Source: Chlorokybus atmophyticus
Taxonomy: Eukaryota > Plantae > Mesostigma and Chlorokybus algae
Length of the DNA stretch: 64,000 bases
Direction of reading: 5' to 3'
Assembly (NCBI GenBank): GCA_009103225.1
Contig: RHPI01002503.1
Location: forward strand, 118,391 to 182,390
In this document: in pieces, positions 1 through 12,226 of the stretch
Numbering within the stretch: position 1 is the stretch's first letter
How the letters are laid out: every line of letters begins with the position of its first letter
Made by a program: the position numbers and the translations under genes
The notes under the pieces: generated by a model
Told to the model about the DNA's origin: nothing
What the model saw: only the letters and a program-made list of their open reading frames with translations
Databases searched by the model: none

Positions 1-672
1 TGTGACGGTGCTCGTGCCTTGTCACCTGTGAGTTGGTCCAATCCACAACCCTCTCACCAAGACACGGTATTCACACCGGAACCTTGCCCCCTCTGCCAAG
101 CACACACGCGCGCCCCGCCACTCGCGTACGCACGCGCGTGCGCTCGAAGCTACACACCGACTTGTGTAGCGCCTTGGATCGTCACACAAGCAAGCACACA
201 CCGGTAGACACACGCTAGCAACCCCTGCTAGCCACCACCAAGCTTGCACACAAGAAACTAGGGAGCTAAAGGTTGTATTGCAAGTTGTAGAATGTCACTT
301 TTATACCTACCAGTCTGCACATGCTACTGTCTAGACGATTCTAGCGCTAGACGGAACTAGAAGCTAAGATACTCTTGCAGAATCTTGTAGTACACTTCTA
401 GACCTTTCCAACGCACCAAAGATCTCCTAATTTGCTGCTCATATGGTCAAGTTATACTACTTGGCGCCAGGCCCTTCCAGAAATCTGGTCGAGCCCTTCT
501 CGACTGGCCCTCCGTTTTCTGGCACCTTCCGGACTGGTCTTGGGGCCCCGGTCGATATCCGCGGCAGACTCATAACTCGCCGATATCCGCCACAAGTCAT
601 TAACAACATGTACCTTACAAACAAGGCCTAAAACGGCCATGAAAATCACAGAATTTGGCCTTGACTGTTACA
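1..672 (-). mobile_element. Probable LTR of an LTR retrotransposon (solo LTR, or 5' LTR whose internal region lies left of the window)
   Basis: Read on the minus strand it starts TGTAAC (672) and ends GTCACA (1), giving TG...CA termini with imperfect inverted ends. TATAAAAG lies on the minus strand near 296-303. There are several TCTAG motifs, and sequence becomes AT-richer after 672. No PPT is present at 673+, and the TSD cannot be tested at the window edge. Confidence 0.6.
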
Positions 673-2576
673 TTAACGATATCTCAATAAACACTCAGAT
701 TCCGTTGGCGATCGCTTGATTGGATAAGACGACCATTGATGCATATGGTCTTGTGGCCACTTTTGCGCGTCGGGCAATGGATGCTTGTGAGCTTAAGAGG
801 TGTACACGATACTTTTGTATACGATATCTATCACGCATTGTGACTGCATTTTGTTAGCGCATATCAATCACACTCCAGCGCGCGAGCCACCATTATTTAA
901 GCAATGAAAGCAATCAAAGCGCTAGCTACAGCTGCAGTGCATGCATATGCAGGCCCCTTTTTGCGCGTACACGAGACAGCATGTAGCTTTTAAAGCCCTT
1001 GCACGCATACAACCTATTGTATGGCTGTGTTTTATAGAGTAGCGCTAGACATATCGTTGGACCCCAACCGCTAGTGGGCAAACATGTAATATATTTGTGT
1101 TCCAACATTGCAAATGTAAAGGCAGCCGGCTGCGTTTGGCCAAAGTCGACCAGGTGTTATATACAATATGTGTATATCTGTATATGATACATATCAACAA
1201 TAGTGTCGAGCTTAACATAAGCTTTCGGCTACTTGTTTGTTTAGCTTAGATATTGTCATGCAGCTGGAGAAAAAAAAACAACGTGTTTTGGCCTAGTGTT
1301 TCAAGAAAATTCAACTCAATAACATTTTACTACAACAACATTTAAACACAACCGTGCTGGGCGATTCTTATGTATATAGGGCATGGCATTTACATGCAAT
1401 AGGCCTCAGACATCACATATGCAGTACATGGGCAATAGCACAAAATTAAGGTCGGTATAGCTTTTACCTACCACCGCTAACAATGCTCACTAGCCTATGT
1501 GAATGTGTGCTATGCAATGGGCCGGGTTTGTGTGACGAGGCAAAGCAAAGAGGCTGGGGCTGCACCTGCGGGGAGACTCTCCTCCTTAAGGGAAGCTTTT
1601 TCGCGTGTGTGAGTCCAGCAGCGCGTGGGGCTATAAAGAGAACGGTAAAGACAGTGGTGTGTTGTGCAGTGCAGTGGTGAGCTGGAACCCCACGCCCCCA
1701 CCGCCGTCAACACCCGCTGCTACCACCCCATCGTGCTACCGCCCTGATACGCGACACACTATGCCATAGCCGTTACGGTTGCAACAAGGCACTACCACAT
1801 GCCATAATAACCCAACAAGTTGTGAATACGACAGATCGTGATTGCAACACATGCAATCACATAGCAATGTGGGATGCAATTTACATGTGTCCCCCATGAC
1901 TCATTATGCAGGCACAAAGTGCTCCTTACATGCACTTACCCAGTCTCACTTCATGTCACCTGCACTCACCCGTCGTACGTGTACCGTATACGTATTTGCT
2001 TGTCCATCGCGTCCGGCCCTGAACACTAATATCATAACATGACTGTGGGACATGTTAAATGGCACGTGGCTCCCCCTATGGCAGCAACTTTTGCTGCCAT
2101 GCCGCAATGCTGAAGGCGCCGATGTTACAACCAACCAAAACAAGTAAACACCCGCACATTTATACCACAACCTGTTCGTAAGGCATCGTTGCAGCTTGGC
2201 CAGCAACTGCCTGCGTGCGTTCCCTGCATGCAATACAACGTCAATAAAACGCCACCACCTCATGCACCAAGTGAGCGCGATAAGTAGTCCTTTGCATGAA
2301 ACGGCGTGCATGTGACACGGTGGTGTTAAGTTTTGCCGACATTGCTACATTGCTACATTTGATAACGGGTGCGGGGCACGTTGCACCAAGACTCCGGAGT
2401 CAAAATTGGGCACATGCAGGATCGTTCAGCTTGTTGTAGAGGTGCGTGTACATATCCCCACATTACGCATGTATATATCCCCACATAGCGTGTTCTTACA
2501 TACAATGCGATTGAGATATAGAACCGACATACAGGTAGCTGTACATACAGGATATGCGCGGTAGTTGTATACATGC

Positions 2577-2778
<202 letters not shown>

Positions 2779-3540
2779 CAAGCACGTTTGTGTATGCACG
2801 CCATAATGCATGTACACCACCAACGGGCTACACACACTGTTCATTCACACCCTAAGTTCTACACTACTCTAGACCTCCATGTTTGACATGCATACATGCG
2901 TGTTAGTGGTCGATCACCTGCACAAGGTGCCAGGGTGAGTGACGTTGATGGATACAACCCCCCAGCCAAAGCATCATCAGCGGTGTACATGAGACTTGAT
3001 ATGTTCCATAACAAACGGTCACACAAACAAAGGAATACACATACATTACGAATTGGTAAGCCCAATCCTATTCATAGATACCTTGTGTAATTTTATGCAT
3101 AAGACAAAAAAAAGGACGAGCTTGTAATCTTACTGACTTATGTATACATGACATTGAATTGTTTACATGTTATATGCAAGATGATTATGTACACAAACTT
3201 CGTTCATGCAACTGACGGCCCACTGTCTTGCACGCGTAGGGCTGGCGTCGAACTTTTGAACACATGATCAATATCATTATTGCCGGTGTCAACCGACAGC
3301 CTTTTGGGGCCAAAGCCAGTTTGCTGACAGCGGCTTTGTGCCAACACCCGCCAAACATGCCGTTTCGTTGGCAAGTGGATTGCAATTGCGTATAGACAAA
3401 TCGCCGGTTTATCGCGCACAAAGCAGCAGTTAGTAAAAACTATTCCTCCAATTTGCAAAAGGCTACGGTCGATTGACGTCGGCAATATTGCCGCATGTTA
3501 TGCCACGTTATATCGTGCGATTAGCAGCTGTGAGCGAATG

Positions 3541-3584
3541 AGCGAGAGAGCGAGAGAGCGAGAGAGCGAGAGAGCGAGAGCGAG

Positions 3585-3636
<52 letters not shown>
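3541..3636. repeat. (GA)n / (GCGAGAGA)n compound microsatellite
   Basis: Directly visible. It lies just downstream of the stop codon of the minus-strand gene at 3707. Confidence 0.95.
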
Positions 3637-3639
<3 letters not shown>

Positions 3640-3706
3640 CAACCCAAGAGNCAATGCAGGTGGCACGCACAACTTCAGCAAGAAAGATCAAGTAGACAGA
3701 GCACAT

Positions 3707-6700
3707 CTACAACCCAGGCAGCTGGTCTGGGGAGAGGTACAAGTACCGACAAAGCTTTGGACGCACTGCCTGCATGCACGGAGCATCGCCGAAGCGCTCC
3801 GGCGCAACAAGTGACAGCATCAGCTTCGCGTCATCCCGCGAAGGCACTCGGGGTGCTGCACCGGGCTTGGGATGGACTGCCAACGCAAGAGCCAACCGAC
3901 AGACGTCTACTGTGGCCAGCTGCTGATCACCTCGCTGTAGCGATGCTTTCACCTGCATGAACGCATCCGCATGGTAGTTGTTCACGTGTACAACAAGAAG
4001 AGCAGAACAACTTGCGTAATCTAGGAACCGCGCAAGACTGGAGTACCTGCAAAAGGGCCGACTCTGCAGCAGCGTCGGCTGCAGCACTTAGTTGGTACTC
4101 ACTTTGGGGCAATTCAAGCGCGGTGTTCATGGTGGCAAGAAGGTCAGATGACGCAGTAATTGCAGCGTGCAGCTCCTCGGCTGCAGTGTACAAAATGCAT
4201 TACAACACCCAGCAGCTACTGCATCACTTGTGCGTGCGCTATGCCACTTATTGATGGCATAGCCTGGCATACCTGAGTCGCATCCTCTAGATAACTTCAA
4301 AGCAACATCCAAGGTGCGCTTGAACAACATGGTCTTCAGTTGGTCAGGTAGTGGCATGTCCACGACACGCAGGTCATTACAAACATTCGCCAGGAACCTG
4401 TTGCATGGCACGGTATGTTGCATGTTGAGTAACATGCGCACAGCGTGTCTGGTACCAGCTACCAGTGGCAATGTGCTGATACCTCAGTTCTTCATCGGAA
4501 ATTGTTGAGCCCCGTAAGCGACCGGCCAACAGCTTTTTTGACAATGCTGACGCCTGCTCTCCTGAAGCCACCTGCAGCAGCAGTCCAACCCTTTGATAGG
4601 AATCTCAACGTACCCACTAGGCCGCTATGCGATTCCATCAACGCCCTCCCCACCTGTACAGCACTTGCTGCCTCAAACGCTGATAGACCAAGCCAGCGAC
4701 CAAATTTGTCCAACCGTGCCCACCCGTCAGGCTCCATGCGACAGTCTCTCATGACATGCCTTGCCGCAAAAGTCTGCATAACAACAGCATTGGCTTTTCA
4801 TTTCATTCACCGGAAAGCTTACCCTCACTTGACCATACCTGAACAGCCATTTGTGATGCACGCAGGAGTCCTTGCGGGAGTGCCAGGACTGCCAACAGAG
4901 TGGAGACATGCTTTGAGTCTGGCTCCTGCTGCAGCAAGAAATTGACTTCCAGAAAGCTTTCATACAAGGCACTTGCTTGAACTGCACTCAGGCGTCCCAA
5001 CAGCGAGCACTGGGTGACAACATCTTCGTCCAATGTGTCATGCCCCAATACTTGCAAGCCCACAGCCAAAGAGGATGGAACCGACAGAAGTTCCCTCAGT
5101 TTCTTCCCCCTGTGAGAAGGGCAACGACACAGATTGAAGTGCAAATCGTGCATTGACATGAGACACCTCATCAAGTACGGTACAGTTGTGATGACCAAAG
5201 TTACCACCATACCTGACCTGAGCAGTGCCTTTCTCACGTAGAAGCTGCTGTGCCAGTTCATAGCACACGGTTTGAGCAGCTTGGCTCATAGCCCACTGCA
5301 AGGTGATGACGTGCATGAGCAACGCATACCACTCGGAAGTTGAAACAGACATGACTTGTGACATTCGCAGAATGTATGCGCGTGCTGGCATATATTGAGG
5401 ATTGAAATGCACGTATGATAGACAAGCACATCTGTATGGAAGCACAATAGCATGTCAACAAACTGCCAGCAGCACAGTGCATCACAAACAACAGCTGGCT
5501 ACACCTGAAGCCACTGTATACAGTGGCTGTCAATGCAGTACGCGTGTTCTTTGCAAGATACATCAATCAATACCAACCTGCACATCTGACTTCTCCAGGT
5601 CAGAAGATTGCACTTCGCTCAATACACGCTGCCATTTCTGCAAGCAGCTTGCATGCAATCAGCTCTGCTAACCTGCGTACAACCCATGCATGACGCCTAC
5701 CAACCTTGTCGTCAGTCTCTTGAAGGCCAACGAGTCCAAGAACAGCTCTGTGGAAGCCGATTAGCTCTGAAGCCTGTGCTTCAGCACTCTCAATGTGCTC
5801 CCTGCTCAAGCCCAGAACGGCGCGTGCGGCGTCCAAGTTTGGGAATGCCCCCCGACCTAAACGCGGTTTTGAGCCATTGTTGCAACAACCACAAACAATG
5901 CTTGTGGGGCGTGCTGACGGTGTTGCAAAGCATGGCCAGGTAGTACTGTTGCCAGTGTCAAAGCTAGTGTACCGTTACCAATGTTGTGCGCCAGCACAGC
6001 CCGTCTATAGACAGTGGCTTCAATAGCGTCCGCAACAGGTTTGTCAAGGCCGCAGGCTGTCTGCAAGGCAGCTGGTGACAGACAGTAAAGCAAACCAACC
6101 TCATGCGCACACGTACACATCACATGTGTATGGGGGTCTCACCTACTGCAGACAGATATGCTCGCACTAACAATACATGCACGCCAACAGCATATGCACA
6201 ACGAAGCTTACTTGCAAACCCTTCAAGCCATCGCGGGTGATCTGCATCCCTTGCGCGTTGTGTAAGCCCAGGATCGCTTCCACAACAACCGTATACAGGG
6301 CGTTTGCATCTGCACGCTCGGGAGTGCTGCTAGTCTCCGCACTCTGACTCAGAAACTTCTGAACCATTAAGATTGCCGTGGGCTTGTCCCTGCAAACCAC
6401 TCAATCAGTGAGGGGCAAATATGCTGAAGTTTACACACTACCCCTATACCTCAGATTCTGCGAGTGATCCCAGATGCACACCATACCCAGCTTTAACAGC
6501 AAGCACTGCCCGTTCAAGATTTCCAGCGTCCTTCACTGTACTGCTTTGCTCAGGAACCACTTCTTGGCTTTTGTCCCCAAGTTGCTCTAACTGAAGACGC
6601 GCCTTCAATGCTTCAAGATCAGCGAACACTGCCTTGGCCTTGGCCAACCGATCCTCCAATGATGCAATGCTTTCTGGATCAGCGGTTCCTGCTTTCATGG

Positions 6701-8589
6701 TAGCAAGCTGGTCCTTTAAAGACCCCACCTTTCTTGATGCCAGCATAATGTCCTCGTTGATTGCGGTCACTGCTTCAGACAGTTGCGTCCTCTCATTTGT
6801 CGTAGGTACCTCTGGGTGGGTGTCACTCGTGGAGGCCCTGTCAATGATCTCATGGGCAACACTTGATTGGGTGCTAATAACAATGTGACGCTCACGCGCA
6901 ATGCCATGCCCTCATCACATCAAGGAGGTATGCGGGATGTATGATGCCTCTAGACTACTGGGTGGCAAGTGTACCTCTCCAAGACATTGTTCATCATGCG
7001 CTCCAGAGTGTTTCGCTCCATCTCAAGAAATCTGTTGCTCAAATCTTCATCACTGGTAGCGCGACCAACATGATAAGTTGCACACCTGGCTGCTGACCGC
7101 AGCTGCAAACCTACTGTTACCTGATCCAGCCGCCCACTTCACTCATGCTTGCAGAAGCTGCGGCTGATGCGGCTGTTGCACGATCGTCCTGCATGCACGA
7201 CACCCTTCACTAAGATCCTATATGGTGAACAGCAAGTGCAAATGCAGTGCTTCTACCTCTGGCAGTCGTGGTGCAGGTGGTGGCTGTTGAAAGGCCTTGG
7301 TTGGCTCCTTCGCAGCTAAAGTTGAGATAAGAAGTGTCTCTTTGGCGGATATCGCCTGGCCAGCGCATGCACTCAGATAAGCCACCAACTCACCGAGCGT
7401 TGGGGGACCGGCAACTGATGTAAACAAATCTCACCTGCGCGACTTTCTCTGCAAGTTTGTAGTACAGTTCTCTCCTGCTCCGAGCGCGTTCCAACGCAGT
7501 TGACAATGCAGCACGTTCCTGGCAGCATAAGGCAGTGCGGCATAAGACAGACCCAGCACAGGTCAATTGATTCACAATCATGCGCTAGACCACCTCAAGC
7601 CGAGTTCGTGCGGCAGTCTCCTGCTCTTCTCCCATCAATCTGGCTGCTGCATTGTACAACTCCATCATAGCAGTGGTAAGACGCTCGCATCTTCTATCAA
7701 GCGCTTGTACTGCAGGATATTAAGAGGTTAGAGCTTGCAAAATACGCTCTCGCTCAAGCTCAATGCTGGCACCGCCAAGCTTTCGCACAAGCAGGCGGGC
7801 ACGGATGTGTGGGTGGCTGCGGGGTGGTGGGATGCATGTTTGCATGTGTGCCTGTGAGCGCGTGCTTGACTATGCGTGCTAGCGTGCGTTGACCAGCGAC
7901 TCAAAGAACTATAACAAATTCTAAGTAACAGGGAACAGCATAGCACAAGCATTGCAAGGAGTGTATGACTCTGCGTGAACAACACCCACCTTTGTTCAAG
8001 GTGTCTTCTCGCTCCTGCCTCAACCCTTGCAGCTGTCTACTCAAATCTTCCGCATTTTGAGCAAAGACGCTCAGTACACTGGCACTCTGGCGCTGAGCAC
8101 ACACCACCAACAATTATGTGTTAGGGCAGTTGCGGTGCATGCACGAGGTTGGGCTGGAACGCTTTCCACTTACGTGCGCTAACATGTTTACTTGCTGATC
8201 ACGAGTATCAGCACTCAGACAGCTATGCAGGCATGCCAGGTACATCATTCAACAAAATGGTAGTTGCAATTCGGTAAGTTTCAAAATCAGCAGCCCTCAC
8301 CACCCAACGTATATAGACACAGATCAAACTAGTATTGTGCTGAAACCGCCTCGGGTATCAAGTGCTTGTAAGGCATGCAAGTTGTACACACACGCACCCG
8401 TAGATGCTTGGATGCTGAGCGCGTCTTGAGCCTCAGTCCAGGCGACAGCACCCTCATAGCAGAAGCCGGCTTCCAGCTCCCACCGTGACGCCGCTTGCTG
8501 CCCTGGGCTGCCTGCTGCGCATGCGGCGCTCGTCGTATACCAGCCACCATCGCAAGGGGCACACCGGCCACCACCGACGCCGCCGCCAT
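3707..8589 (-). CDS. Multi-exon (about 18 exons) probable plastid-targeted protein with N-terminal coiled coil and Tic110-like helical repeats
   Basis: ATG at 8589 gives a transit-peptide-like start, MAAASVVAGVPLAMVAGIRRAPHAQQ. Phase-consistent GT-AG exons encode AEDLSRQLQGLRQERE, SLEDRLAKAKAVFADLEALKARLQ, GLKGLQTACGLDKPVADAIEATVYRRAV, NLDAARAVLGLSREHIESAEAQ, WARLDKFGRWLGLSAFEAASAV and ISDEELRFLANVCNDLRV. The protein ends ...YLSPDQLPGL* (TAG at 3707). The gene is well supported; the product assignment is tentative. Confidence 0.7.
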
Positions 8590-9559
8590 GCCGCCCAGCA
8601 ACGACAAGCGCTGACACTGCCGCCAACGACACGCGCAAGTGCATGCTGCAGCCAAACGCAATGGCCATCGTCACAGCGTCGCGCGCCGTCTGGCGCTGCC
8701 CGAGCGCAACATCTTCGCCAGATTGCAATGCGCATCGCAAACGCGGGCAGCGGTGCGAAGCATGCATCCAAAAGAGTGACAACCTCGCCACAAGGCTCTT
8801 CTCCTGGGGTGAAGGGGCGTTTGGGCAACGGTGGCAAAGGCAGGTGATTACATCTAGTACTGGCCTGGTCTGCCACTTGCAATAGATCGCTCTGCAGCAG
8901 TTGTCAACAGCAATGGTGTACATGCTTCTGCATTACATTCTGTAGTTGTGTTGTTGGAGTTCCAGCATGGTTGTTGACACCGCAACATGATCTCGCGAAA
9001 AATAAATTTTGGTCCTATTGGCATGATGAACACAGCAATCAGTCAGTGTGTACACTTGCGGCCTTGCGATCCTGCACGTCAACAGGGCAGTATACATGGT
9101 AGCAAGTTCCTAATGTGGCGTTTAAGGATGGTGTCATTGCGCACTCTACAGATGATGCACGAGTCTATGCAAACCAACTTACATTGAAGTGCGTGCGGAC
9201 ATGCGCGTGTGTACTTGATCCATGAGCCTTTCACAGCACCAGGACAGTGCAAGGGTTGCTGATGTACAAGGGCATGATTTGTGGCACCTCTTGCTTTTCT
9301 CGCAATTCCAAGAGCCATCACAACCAGCAGTCTGCAACAAACACTGAGGCTGCACTCGCTGGACACAGGTGCGGCAACCACAAGACACACATCTAATAAG
9401 TATGATCGTCCACACACGCCAAACACGGCAATTCAATAAATACTATCCCCTGTATACTATGCCCTGGTGCAAACAACCCCAGTGCAAGACAACCCCAAAA
9501 ACAAGCCACCTCAACACTGAAAAGTGCGGGCGCTTAAAACTTGTGGCATCTGCCGCTCA

Positions 9560-12226
9560 TCAGGCCGCCACTTGCGTCGCTGGCCTAGTGAATATGGATA
9601 TGTTGAAGTTGTGCTGCGGCTTGGCAACGGCGGCGGACTCTTCAACAGACACATTGGGATGGACACCCGCAACGATGGTGAGAACAAACTGCCTTGACGG
9701 CTGTCCTGTGGGCGTGGGTGCACAGGAGGGGGCCGCACTTTGCAACGCGTCGGTGACCCTCCCGTGTCTGTTGTTGTTTGGGAGCACCAAGGGGTTGATG
9801 GTAAGGGCCCTCTCTTGCGCAAACTTGCCCTTCTTCCCAGCAGCCGGCTTGCTTCCCGCATAGCTCTGACCCCGACCCTTCCCCCGACCCTGCTTCCCAA
9901 CTGCCTGCGCTGCTGCACCCTTGCCATCTGCACAATAACACAGGCACTCAGAATTGTTTCAACAACAACTGTGCCAATAGCATCAACAGCCGCTTTGTTA
10001 TGCGTGAATGGAGTCAATTATACCTTCAGCCGGGGCCGATGATGACGGCGGGCCATCTGCGCCAGTTGTTTCAGCAGCCCCGACGCTCGTGGTTTCGGCT
10101 CCACTGTCTTGGGCCATTTTCATCTGCAGCCATTGCAGTAAAGCCTGGTCGTCAGGACTTGGTTCATTAGCGGTTTCTGCGGCCCGCTTCGATACTCTGA
10201 CCCTCATGGCCTTGAGCTTTATACGACGCTCGTTGCGCTTCTGCCTGGCCTCAGCTAGCAACTGAGGCGTAACCTGCGGCACACGCTGGGTTAGCCTTCA
10301 GCAGCAGCCAGGGATTTTGCAATGACGGGAGTCATGGGCATATAGCACACCTGCTTGTCTGCCTGCAAGGCTTGAAGCTTCCGCTGCTGCTGCTCCAACT
10401 GCCAACGTATCGACGCTTCCCATGTCAGGCCCTCAGGCACTTGCTCTTCTGAAGTCTCAGAATCCTGCACAACACAACCTACATTAGGAGGCGCAACATG
10501 CGAAAAGCTGGCCATGGGAATGCCAACATAAGCTGCATGCCAACAACGGCAACACGCAATGCACAGTAGGCTTATTAAAAGTCCTCTTACCCTTTGTGTG
10601 GCGCTGCCGGCAGCTTCATCACGGGGACTGGTCGTCGGTTTGTCGGAAACAGTGACAGTTTCTTTGCTCTCTGCTGGAGAGGCCTGCGCACTTGCTGCAT
10701 CCTTCTCCGGTGGTGTGGCAGCCGAGGCCCCTTTGTCTTCAGGAGTGCTACTGGTGACATGGTTGTTGCCATTTATCTTGCTGTTAGTAGCAGCGTCTTC
10801 AAGCATGGCAAGCTCTGCTGCATCTGCAAGCTCGAGGATGCCATGCTTGGGGCGGACATTGAGCGTCGATCGTTTCTTGGTCGCAACTTTCTTTGCTCGC
10901 AGCTGAGTCTTTACTGTGGGAGTCTTGCCTTTCGGCGGTGCAGAGGGACTTTGAACAGGAACCTCGCCTGACTCTGCATTTGCATGGCAGAGCTTCAGTA
11001 CGTAGCCAATACGGGTGTTGAGGTAAGGAAAGGAAGAGCTTCATTCTCACCTGAAGCTGGACTGGAACTCGGCCTGTCCTCACTTGCTTTAGCCAACCGC
11101 TTTGAGGCATCAGTCGATGGAGGAGAACCCATTCTCGACCTTGGGCGTTTGATGGGAGCTGCAAGCCACAATGTGTGCATATGTAAATGGCATCATACAC
11201 ACTCAGTATCCATATTCAAGCGCATTCTAGGCATGGAACTGCCATTGGGTGAATGAGACACAGCAACTAACATGCAGATGAATTGCATACTCGAGAACAG
11301 ATGGACACAGGACCAGACAGCAATATGTGTAGGTGCACAAGCATGCACATACACGCGACCGTAGAGGCATGGCAAAATGCCAGATGTGCTACAACGCATA
11401 TGTTGACTTACGGCAAGACCCATGACGACCACGTCTTGCGGTTATAGGGTGAACAATGATGCTGCAGTGTTGGTGAATGTCAGATATACTCTTTACAACA
11501 TGCATGTGTACTACAACAACCCTGATGCGCGCATGCAAACGAACTGGGCTCGTATATGATTGATCTAAAGCAGAAGTACACGTGTTCGCATGTCAAGCCT
11601 ACCTGAGTGAGCAGCGACTGGATGATGCACATCAGCCAACCTCTTCCGCTTGATGGGCTTCACTGAAACAGACAGTACGCATCAGCAATGAGCAGCCATA
11701 CAAAGCAGTAGTGTGTACCCTTAAACACAATGGTTCTGTAGCATCTACTGTGTCTGTAGATGCTACAGAACCATTGTGTGTAAGGGTAGCTAGCCACGAA
11801 ACACATCGCCGAAGCCTATCACGTGATACAGGACGCTGCAAGCTGCTAGAATGCTATGCAATGCCACAGCGCACACACAATGTGCACAGTTGCCAACTAA
11901 CCTGAGATTTCTTTGTCATTTGCAGTCGCCTCGTCCGCGGAATGAAGAGCGCGTTTTGGCCTAAGTAAGCGTGGGACCTCGTACGTTTCGTAGTCCATCC
12001 TGGCTCGAATGACACGCTGCGAGCGGTTGCGCTGAGGCGGCTGCGAGGAGGTTTGCTGCTGCTGCTTGCGGGCCATTTGCCCACCGCCACTGGGCCCCAT
12101 GCTGCTCGCCAGCAAGGCGGCAACCCTTCTTTTCCTGAAAGGCTTCTGGAGAGCCAGCTTGGAAGATAGCTTGCCACTGCTAAAGCAAGCAGACGAAGAG
12201 TTGTAGTGCCCTTCTGCATGTGCCAT
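9560..12226 (-). CDS. Hypothetical multi-exon, largely disordered basic protein (probably nuclear)
   Basis: Phase-consistent exons encode MAHAEGHY...KPFRKRR...RMDYETYEVPRLLRPKR, KPIKRKRL, KKVATKKRSTLNVRPKHGILEL, WEASIRWQLEQQQRKLQALQ, EARQKRNERRIKLKAMR and QGRGKGRGQ, ending ...RPATQVAA* (9560). The start codon is uncertain; upstream 5' exons and donors exist near 12320 and 12633. Confidence 0.7.
11716..11788. repeat. Near-perfect inverted repeat (33-bp stem, 1 mismatch, 7-nt loop) inside an intron
   Basis: The left arm TACCCTTAAACACAATGGTTCTGTAGCATCTAC (11716-11748) pairs with 11756-11788. Confidence 0.95.

Noticed and set aside
1498-1712. Short TG...CA segment with TATA (TGTGAA...TCAACA) as a second solo LTR
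   Set aside because: The flanks (GCCTA versus CCCGC) give no TSD, and there is no PBS or PPT; it remains unsupported.
4377-5261. Cys/His-containing fragments first suspected to be a KDZ/CxC transposase
   Set aside because: The fragments join in phase into the plastid helical-repeat gene, and no DDE/KDZ catalytic motifs are present.
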